Source: an uncultured Pelagibacteraceae bacterium (lineage in GTDB: Bacteria; Pseudomonadota; Alphaproteobacteria; Pelagibacterales; Pelagibacteraceae). From it: 64,000 bases of DNA. Under the pieces are notes generated by a model that saw only the letters and a program-made list of their open reading frames with translations, ran no database searches and was not told the origin of the DNA. Below are positions 35,494 through 42,825 of this stretch, one piece after another. Position 1 is the first letter of the stretch; the number at the start of each line of letters is the position of its first letter. The position numbers were made by a program, and so were the translations under genes. The stretch covers positions 1,069 through 65,068 of the forward strand of contig CACJXB010000001.1 of assembly GCA_902597265.1 (NCBI GenBank), in the 5' to 3' direction.

Positions 35494-36627
35494 TCATTTT
35501 ATACAATTAGCATTAAATCCAATTAGATTGTCTATGCCATACTTTGGTCTTTTGGCTAAATAAGTAATATCTTTTTCATGTTTTATTCCAGTTACCATTT
35601 CCATTAAGGTATCAATAGCTAAAGCCTCTTGATGTGTGTGCTTTCTAGCATTATGTTTTTTATATTGATTATTTTTTTGCTTACCATCGTATTTTCTTGA
35701 GGAGAAACTTTCATAATCAGTGATCCCTAAATTTAATACTTCCGCTGCTTTAGTAATTCTATTCATAACTAGGTCTGGAACTTTAGCCCCCCAATTTTTA
35801 GCTAAATAGATGTATCCTAAAGCTGAATTTAAACCATAAGAGTGATACCATAGGGCTCGAAACCCTCTAAAAGAATTATTATTGATATAGCCATCATCAT
35901 AAAACACTTCCTCTATATTTTTAAATCTAAAATTGAATTCTTTTGCTGCTAGTTTTTTATTGTTTGTCCAATGAGCATAAGCTAAGTTTGGAATTCCTCC
36001 GTTTCCCATTGCATAGAATCCTTTTTCTTTCTTTAAAAATTCTTCAGGCTTAATAAATTTTTTATGCATTTTTTTAATATACTTGTTAACAATTTTAATT
36101 TCTTTATCACTTAAGTAATCTTTAAGATAAATTGCTATTAGCAAATAATTTGTAAAAGCATCCCTTGCAAATTCATATGCATGATACCAGCAAGGTGCCT
36201 CGGGATTTCCATCTTTCCAACATTTTGGTTTCTTTTTTAACTCTTCTTTACCGATTGTATCTAGTAAAACATTTGCTTTAGCTATTTTAATCAATATTCC
36301 TTTAGCGTCATCAATGTCAGTTTTATCATTATTACCAATTGCATTATGGGTAGCAACAGCAAACATGCTCATTGGACCAGTTAGATTTAAGTGATTTACA
36401 CTTCTAGAATTTCCCAGCGCCCATTCACTCATCCAATCTAAACGTATTAAGCTTTCAATTCTAGCTTTTTTATATTTAGATTTAAAAGTCTCACCACCCA
36501 CATATGAGCATGATTTAATCTTATCTATATAAAAATGTTTAGGAAAAGATATATCTTTAGATTTAACTTTTGCTTCAGCAGATAAACATAAAAATATGCT
36601 AAATAAAGTTAAAAGAATTTTTTTCAT
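35494..36627 (-). CDS. Exported alginate-lyase-like (alpha/alpha toroid) protein
   Basis: Signal peptide MKKILLTLFSIFLCLSAEA; RGFRALWYHSYGL resembles the AlgL-family R.RAL.YH.YAL motif. Confidence 0.5.
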   Translation of the reverse strand: MKKILLTLFSIFLCLSAEAKVKSKDISFPKHFYIDKIKSCSYVGGETFKSKYKKARIESLIRLDWMSEWALGNSRSVNHLNLTGPMSMFAVATHNAIGNNDKTDIDDAKGILIKIAKANVLLDTIGKEELKKKPKCWKDGNPEAPCWYHAYEFARDAFTNYLLIAIYLKDYLSDKEIKIVNKYIKKMHKKFIKPEEFLKKEKGFYAMGNGGIPNLAYAHWTNNKKLAAKEFNFRFKNIEEVFYDDGYINNNSFRGFRALWYHSYGLNSALGYIYLAKNWGAKVPDLVMNRITKAAEVLNLGITDYESFSSRKYDGKQKNNQYKKHNARKHTHQEALAIDTLMEMVTGIKHEKDITYLAKRPKYGIDNLIGFNANCIK

Positions 36628-36630
36628 TTT

Positions 36631-37797
36631 TTATTGTTTGCCAACAATTAAAGGTTGATTAAGATTAATTTTAAAAAGTTTAGCTGCATTTTTATATGCA
36701 ATCTTTTCTTGTACATCTGGGCTTAAAGATCCAATCATCAAACGAACATGCTTCATATAGTGTTCAACAAAAACATCATGTGCTGGGCTTTTACCTAATT
36801 TATGATCAGAACCAAAAAAATATCTATCGGAATATTTTTCCATCGATTTTGCCCAAACCTCATGTAATTTAAATCTATAATCATTTGGGATATGCAAATC
36901 CTCAAAGCCCCAAAGAGAAGACCAATGAAATGCTATTTTCCAGTCAGTATATGTATTAGGACAATAATCAAAAATTTCTTCAAGGTCTTTTGTTGGCATC
37001 ATTCCTGTATGAGCTATCACAATTTTTGCGTTGGGGTATTTTTCACATTTTTTTTTATAAAAATTTTTAAACTCTGTTAATCTATCTATCCCATCTATTT
37101 CATGAAAAGGCTCCAGGTGTAAATTAATCGGCATACGGTGTTCATTGACAAATTCGAACGCCTTATCAATAATTGGGTGCTTAAGATCTAAATCTAATTG
37201 CGGTTGATACCCACCATAAGGGGGATTTTTTTTCTTTTTATTATAGTGAACTAGTCCAGCTTCTCCCAATCCATAACATTGTCCTTTTTTAAATCTTTTA
37301 ATAGTTTCTTTAAACTCTTTATTAACTTCTGAGTTCTTATATTTTTTTTTATTTGCTGACATTCCAATAAAATTGGAATGACAATTAGTTAAAACATTCT
37401 GATGCTCTGCAGCAAAATCATAATAATAATTCCAATTATCTTCTGATTTGTAAGTATTTGGAGTTCCCATAATTACAGACATAAAAACATTTGCCTTATT
37501 TGTTAACATTGGCAAATCTTCTATAAAATACTCAGTACCTATATCTAAAGCTCTTCCGGTGGATTTTCTAGGATGTGCATGACCATCTATTATAGGTCCT
37601 AAATAAGGTTTATTTGTATCTCTTACCTCAAGATTATTAAGTTTATAACTGTCTAAAAGTTTTTTTGCTTCTTCACGACTTTCAGTTTTTCCAAACATAA
37701 TTCTTTCATAAGCCCAGTGATCGAATCTATAGTGTTCGTCAAAACTGTTGGCAAACGTTGGTAAAATTAAAAAAATAAATAACAAAATTTTTTTCAT
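36631..37797 (-). CDS. Exported amidohydrolase-superfamily (TIM-barrel metal) protein
   Basis: Signal peptide; IIDGHAH, GLGE.G, PINLH, IAHTG, FGSD, NAAKLF. Confidence 0.8.
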   Translation of the reverse strand: MKKILLFIFLILPTFANSFDEHYRFDHWAYERIMFGKTESREEAKKLLDSYKLNNLEVRDTNKPYLGPIIDGHAHPRKSTGRALDIGTEYFIEDLPMLTNKANVFMSVIMGTPNTYKSEDNWNYYYDFAAEHQNVLTNCHSNFIGMSANKKKYKNSEVNKEFKETIKRFKKGQCYGLGEAGLVHYNKKKKNPPYGGYQPQLDLDLKHPIIDKAFEFVNEHRMPINLHLEPFHEIDGIDRLTEFKNFYKKKCEKYPNAKIVIAHTGMMPTKDLEEIFDYCPNTYTDWKIAFHWSSLWGFEDLHIPNDYRFKLHEVWAKSMEKYSDRYFFGSDHKLGKSPAHDVFVEHYMKHVRLMIGSLSPDVQEKIAYKNAAKLFKINLNQPLIVGKQ

Positions 37798-37906
37798 TAT
37801 TAAAATTATATTATTTCATCTCTTTAGTTTCTAGTTAATTTCTAGTTTGGTAGAATTTATAATTCATATTGCAATAAAAATAATTAAAGTTTTTTTAAAA
37901 TTTAGA

Positions 37907-38110
37907 ATTTAATGGGATTTAAGACTATATGAGACTGTGTGAGACTATAAATTTACTCTACCCTATGTTTTTTAAGTCCTTTGTGTCTACCAATTTCACC
38001 ACGAGGGCATTAATGAATTTCATGAGTGTTTATGCCAATATTTATAATTGAACAAGAGGAATAAATAAATTTTTTTATCTTATCCTATCAAGAACCTAGA
38101 CAGATCCTAG
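37907..38110 (-). repeat. Cassette junction 2: conserved 62-bp block, tRNA-Leu 5' half (37970-38008), promoter copy and CTAG pair
   Basis: 37970-38027 identical to 33767-33824. Confidence 0.92.
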
Positions 38111-38114
38111 CTTG

Positions 38115-40274
38115 TTAAAATGTACTTACAATTTCTAGGTTTGCACCATATTCAGGTATTTGACTCATCAAACTATAATTCGAACTCATTCTGATATCGA
38201 AACCATTTAAATCTCTCTTATAACTCAAAGATGCTTTGTCATTATCTAAAGTCATAGCATATTCAATATCGTCTGTAGGTATATAACTAAATCCTAAATA
38301 TAAAGTATCGCTATGAGCATTGTCACTTTGATTTCTTTCATAAATAGTCATTATAGAAAAACCATTATCGGTTACTAAATCAAATCCAATATTTGCTCTT
38401 AAATTTTTTGAGTCTTGACCGATAGATTTTGTATATTCTGTAGTTTCCGATAGGTAACGGTATGTTGCATCTGAAGACGGACTAAAATCTACTCCAAGCT
38501 CTAATCCACCATTTGGTTTAAAAGTAAAAGTATTAAAATTTAAAATGTCACTGATGGTAAAGCCAGCAGATATCATTCCAGTTTCAATTGTTTGAGCTTT
38601 GTAAACTAAGGCTGCAGGACCTTTTTCTCTATATTCGGATAATTCTGTATAGCTTAAATCAATTCTGAAATTAGGAGTAATATTCAAATCTTCTTTTTTA
38701 TATGTTGTTAAGTAGTTAAGTGAACCAAATATTTGCGCACCATCTCTTTCTCCTGTTCTAGTACTTCCTCCCCCTTTTCTAACATGATCAGTCTTCAATG
38801 TGCTCACTCCAATGATGCCCTCGGTAAATTTTTTATCATCATGAGGAAAAGTTCCATAAACAGATAAACTAAAAGACTCAGTATCTAAATTAGTCCCGGA
38901 TGTGCCTACATCAACATCATCATTACCAAATCTAAGAGCATAACCATATAATCTATTTTTGTTTATCTTTTTATCCATGCCAAGTGTAATACCTTTGGTA
39001 TTAATTTTTTTAGATGATGAAGTAGATGTATCTCCAGTTCTACCAATACTTACACTACCCTCACTCCAAAATGACCAATCATCTGATAATTTGTCTAGAA
39101 CTTCATTTGTTTTATTTGATATAGGAATAATGTTAGAAAGCGATGCCACCATTGAATTAGAAAAGTTTAATCTAATATTTTGGTTACTTAATTGATCATT
39201 GGTTCTATGTCTTCTTAACCAATACATACGGTTAAGGACTGGAGTACTTGCTTGAATAGCAATTTGTTTAGCAGTTGCAGTTTGAGACTCGATTGAGCTT
39301 AAAATATCTTTACCTTCATCAGAAGTAGTTATTGGATCATCACAGGCACCGACGATTATGCTCCAATTACAAGTTAAATCAAATTCATAAACTTCTGCAT
39401 CCGCATCAATTACAAACATTTTACTTCCATCAGAATTAAATGCTGTTTCTCTTGCATTTCCTAAGCCGCTGTAGTTAGATAATTCAAGAGTTCCCTCAAG
39501 TGATAGAGTGGAGACATCAAAAGCTGTTGTTAGTTTATATTGATTAATTATATTATCATCACTGTCAGTAGTATACATTTTAGTGCCGTCGTAATTAAAA
39601 ACAATTCCGTCTATGTAACTGTGATCAGAACTTAGGTCTTCTGTATTAATATGAGTAACTCCTGATGTAATGACAAATGGGGTATCAAGTGTGTATTCAT
39701 TTATTTCACCAACATTGCTATTATCTTTGCCGTTTCCAGTAACAAACATTTTAGTTCCATCATTATTAAACGCAACTGAGGTCACTCTTTTTTCTTCCAA
39801 GTTTGTATTATAACCTTGACCTACATTATAAGTAGTGCTTGCAGTATCAATGTCATATGGTGTAGTTAACGTCCATTCAATAATAGTTTTATGATGATCA
39901 GCAATAAACATTTTTGTACCATCGTTATTGAACACAACTTGCATAGCTCCATGCATTTCAGTTGCTGAACCAGTATATGTACCTACATCTAAGCTGGTAC
40001 GTAAGGTTGCAGTAGAAATATTGTAAGCTGTTGTTAAATCATACTCGTAAACCTTATCTCCTTTTGCTGTTGACTTTGGGGCCACTGCTTTCGTAGATGA
40101 TGTATACATTTTGGTTCCATCGTTATTAAAAGTTAATGCCATATTATTGTAGTCAGTAGCTATAGTTACTTGTTCAACTGCTTTACTTCGCACAACAGTT
40201 GGCTCCGCTATAGCTTTAGAAAAAAATAAAGCTAAAAAAAATACAATGTAAAGAATTTTATAAATATTTTTCAC
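38115..40274 (-). CDS. Autotransporter-like outer-membrane protein with beta-propeller-type repeat passenger, GTG start
   Basis: Signal peptide; 5x FN.DG.KM repeats; C-terminal beta-barrel (WSEGS, GITLGMD, C-terminal F). Confidence 0.75.
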   Translation of the reverse strand: MKNIYKILYIVFFLALFFSKAIAEPTVVRSKAVEQVTIATDYNNMALTFNNDGTKMYTSSTKAVAPKSTAKGDKVYEYDLTTAYNISTATLRTSLDVGTYTGSATEMHGAMQVVFNNDGTKMFIADHHKTIIEWTLTTPYDIDTASTTYNVGQGYNTNLEEKRVTSVAFNNDGTKMFVTGNGKDNSNVGEINEYTLDTPFVITSGVTHINTEDLSSDHSYIDGIVFNYDGTKMYTTDSDDNIINQYKLTTAFDVSTLSLEGTLELSNYSGLGNARETAFNSDGSKMFVIDADAEVYEFDLTCNWSIIVGACDDPITTSDEGKDILSSIESQTATAKQIAIQASTPVLNRMYWLRRHRTNDQLSNQNIRLNFSNSMVASLSNIIPISNKTNEVLDKLSDDWSFWSEGSVSIGRTGDTSTSSSKKINTKGITLGMDKKINKNRLYGYALRFGNDDVDVGTSGTNLDTESFSLSVYGTFPHDDKKFTEGIIGVSTLKTDHVRKGGGSTRTGERDGAQIFGSLNYLTTYKKEDLNITPNFRIDLSYTELSEYREKGPAALVYKAQTIETGMISAGFTISDILNFNTFTFKPNGGLELGVDFSPSSDATYRYLSETTEYTKSIGQDSKNLRANIGFDLVTDNGFSIMTIYERNQSDNAHSDTLYLGFSYIPTDDIEYAMTLDNDKASLSYKRDLNGFDIRMSSNYSLMSQIPEYGANLEIVSTF

Positions 40275-40404
40275 AACAATTAATCATTAATACCTTAACA
40301 AATTCAAAAAATGAGTGTTAAAAATGTTAAAACATTACAATTCAAATGTCTAGGTAGGACAAAATTCATGATGAATATATATCTTTAATAGTTATTATTA
40401 TTTA

Positions 40405-40614
40405 ATGAAAAGTAATATTGTTAAATCTCACTTAAAAAAGAAATCACAGGCAAAGCTTGCTTTATCAATTAGCCTATTTTTCGTGCTTTTAACTGCAACT
40501 GGATACCTCTTTAATTCTAAAGAAGTAATTTTTCTATTTTATATTTTTTGTTTTGTATTTCTCTACAATTTAGTAATCCAATTTTTATTAGAAAGGTTTG
40601 ATATTAAATCATGA
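40405..40614 (+). CDS. Small 2-TM membrane protein, unknown function
   Basis: 69-aa ORF with two hydrophobic segments. Confidence 0.55.
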   Translation: MKSNIVKSHLKKKSQAKLALSISLFFVLLTATGYLFNSKEVIFLFYIFCFVFLYNLVIQFLLERFDIKS

Positions 40615-40757
40615 TAAAAACACTTATTAAATTAAAGATTTTAAAATTAATAATAATTGGTGGGGTATCAACAGCTTATGCTTTAAAGAGATATTGTGAT
40701 CAAAAAAATGAAATTACAAGTAAAAAAAGTAAGAAAACTTTGCTTCTTACTCGATAA
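40611..40757 (+). CDS. Small hypothetical protein (48 aa), absent from the ORF track
   Basis: ATGA overlap with the previous ORF; MIKTLIKLKILKLIIIGGVSTAYALKRYCD... Confidence 0.4.
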   Translation: MIKTLIKLKILKLIIIGGVSTAYALKRYCDQKNEITSKKSKKTLLLTR

Positions 40758-40789
40758 AAATTTTACTATTATTTATAGTAATATAAATA

Positions 40790-41596
40790 ATGAAAAAAAA
40801 ACTTACGATCGTAATTTTTACTGATTTAGACGGATCTCTTTTGCATAGAGATACTTTTCAATTCGATAGCATCAAAGATTATATTAAAAGCCTTGTAAAT
40901 AAAGGTGTAATTATTATTCCAAATTCTAGCAAAACAGAGAAGGAAATTGAAAAATTCAATGAAGAGCTTGGAGTAAATCTTCCTTATATTTCAGAAAATG
41001 GATCATCTATTCATGGATTAAATTTAATCACCTCTAATTTTCCAGATAAACTTGTTCTTAGCAGAGAGAAAGAGGAATTATTGAAGATTTTTGAAAATAA
41101 AGTCCCTGAAAAATTAAAAGAAAAATGTTTTCAAATTTCAAAAATGAGTAAAAAAGAAAAAGAAAATATATTAGGGCAAAAAGATGAAAAGCTTAAAGAT
41201 GCTTTAAATAGAAAATATACTTTACCTTTTTTATTTAAAGGTGACAAAAATGAAAAAAATAGATTACTAAAAATATTAAATTCAAATTCTTTAACTTTTC
41301 AGGAAGGTGGGCGTGTATCTAATCTTTGTGATAATATTAACAAAGTTAAATCAATGAATAGAGTTATAAAAATTTTAAAAAAAACTGAGGATAAGATTAA
41401 GACAATTGCAGTTGGTGACAATTTCAATGATCTAGAAATGTTAAGAAACTGTGATATTCCTTGTTTAGTGTTTAATGATCAGTTTAAACTAGATCAAATT
41501 AACATAAATAACCTTATATTTTCAAACAAGCCATCACCTGAGGGCTGGGCTGATGTGATTAAAATGGCCCTAGTTAAATTAGGTTTTAAAGATTAA
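40790..41596 (+). CDS. gpgP: HAD-IIB glucosyl/mannosyl-3-phosphoglycerate phosphatase
   Basis: FTDLDGSLL, SSKT, ENG, GGR, GDNFNDLEML; adjacent to the synthase. Confidence 0.8.
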   Translation: MKKKLTIVIFTDLDGSLLHRDTFQFDSIKDYIKSLVNKGVIIIPNSSKTEKEIEKFNEELGVNLPYISENGSSIHGLNLITSNFPDKLVLSREKEELLKIFENKVPEKLKEKCFQISKMSKKEKENILGQKDEKLKDALNRKYTLPFLFKGDKNEKNRLLKILNSNSLTFQEGGRVSNLCDNINKVKSMNRVIKILKKTEDKIKTIAVGDNFNDLEMLRNCDIPCLVFNDQFKLDQININNLIFSNKPSPEGWADVIKMALVKLGFKD

Positions 41597-41604
41597 AAAA
41601 CTGC

Positions 41605-42825
41605 ATGAGTGATTTTTCACAAAATGGAGTAATCTCCACCTTGCATGACTTTGGTACAAAGTCCACTTCAGTTATCGAAAGTGAATTATTAAAATTTTCC
41701 GAGCAAAGAAAAATGGAATTAATTTTACCATGTCTTTATTCTGAACTAGAAGGAACAGCCTTGCCTAAAATAGTTGAGGAGATAAGTAAAACTAAGTATC
41801 TCGATCATATCATTATTGGACTAGATAAAGCTAACGAGACACAAGCTAAAAAGGCTTGGAAATTTTTTAAAAAATTGAAAACTCCTTTTTCCATTCTTTG
41901 GAACGATGGTCCAAAATTAAAAAAACTAGATCAAGAACTTAAAAAAAATAATCTTGCTCCAAGTGAGCTCGGAAAAGGTCGAAATGTTTGGTATTGTATT
42001 GGAATGTGTATTGCAAGAGATAGTGCACGATCAGTTGCATTACACGATTGTGATATAAAAACTTATGATCGAAGAATGCTTGCAAAACTTTTTTATCCAG
42101 TTGTAAACCCACTTTTTAATTTTGAATTTTGTAAAGGTTATTATCCTAGAGTAGCTAATGATAAAATGAATGGGAGAGTAGCAAGATTATTGGTATTTCC
42201 GTTATTAACTGCATTAGAAAAAACTATTGGTAAAAGCGAATACTTAGAATTTATGAAATCTTTTAAATATCCTTTAGCAGGAGAGTTTTCATTTAGACGA
42301 AATGTTTTACCAGAGTTAAGAATATCATCAGACTGGGGTATTGAAGTGGGTATTTTATCTGAAATGCAGAGAAGTTTTTCACCTCAAAATATTTGCCAAG
42401 TTGATTTAGCTGATACTTATGATCATAAACATCAAGTTCTCTCAATGGATGATGAAACAAAGGGATTGTCTAGGATGTCAATTGATATCATCAAAACATT
42501 TATAAAAAAATTAGCCACACAGGGTAATACTTTTAGTAGAGAAAAATTTAGATCACTAAAAGCAACCTATTATAGATCAGCTCTAGATTTAATCGACATA
42601 TATAGAAGTGATGCAATGATGAACGGACTAAAATTTGATTCACACACGGAGGAACAAGCTGTTGAACTATTTGCAATGAATATAATGAAAGCTGGTGAAG
42701 CGTTTATTCTTAATCCAATGGATACTCCTTTTATCCCAACTTGGAGTAGAGTAAAAAGTGCTATACCTGATTTTCTTGGAAGACTTGAAAAAGTGGTTAA
42801 TGATGATAATAAAAAATATTCTTAA
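41605..42825 (+). CDS. gpgS: Glucosyl-3-phosphoglycerate synthase-type glycosyltransferase
   Basis: MSDFSQNG, GKGRNVW, LHDCD, GRVARL, YPLAGEF, DWGIEVG, YDHKHQ. Confidence 0.8.
   Translation: MSDFSQNGVISTLHDFGTKSTSVIESELLKFSEQRKMELILPCLYSELEGTALPKIVEEISKTKYLDHIIIGLDKANETQAKKAWKFFKKLKTPFSILWNDGPKLKKLDQELKKNNLAPSELGKGRNVWYCIGMCIARDSARSVALHDCDIKTYDRRMLAKLFYPVVNPLFNFEFCKGYYPRVANDKMNGRVARLLVFPLLTALEKTIGKSEYLEFMKSFKYPLAGEFSFRRNVLPELRISSDWGIEVGILSEMQRSFSPQNICQVDLADTYDHKHQVLSMDDETKGLSRMSIDIIKTFIKKLATQGNTFSREKFRSLKATYYRSALDLIDIYRSDAMMNGLKFDSHTEEQAVELFAMNIMKAGEAFILNPMDTPFIPTWSRVKSAIPDFLGRLEKVVNDDNKKYS

Larger units (their letters stand above)
35304..37969. mobile_element. tRNA-Leu cassette 2 (2666-bp unit)
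   Basis: Bounded by tRNA-Leu 5'-half copies; GTTTCTAGTTnnTTTCTAGTT at 35426 and 37827. Confidence 0.75.

Noticed and set aside
33766-38027. Repeated ~43-58-bp sequence as a possible CRISPR array
   Set aside because: The repeats are tRNA-Leu halves separated by 1.5-2.7 kb of genes; no short spacers and no cas genes
33767-38110. Cassette repeats as amplification or assembly artefacts, given the nearby chimera
   Set aside because: The copies are direct, mutually diverged outside the tRNA core, break at the anticodon loop and have cassette-specific motifs, unlike the exact inverted tuf copy
39400-40140. Nucleotide-level repeats inside the autotransporter gene
   Set aside because: Explained by protein FN.DG.KM propeller repeats, not a separate DNA element
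31587-40274. Prophage or classical integron
   Set aside because: No integrase, structural or replication genes, and no attC-like imperfect palindromes; only att-like tRNA repeats and cargo
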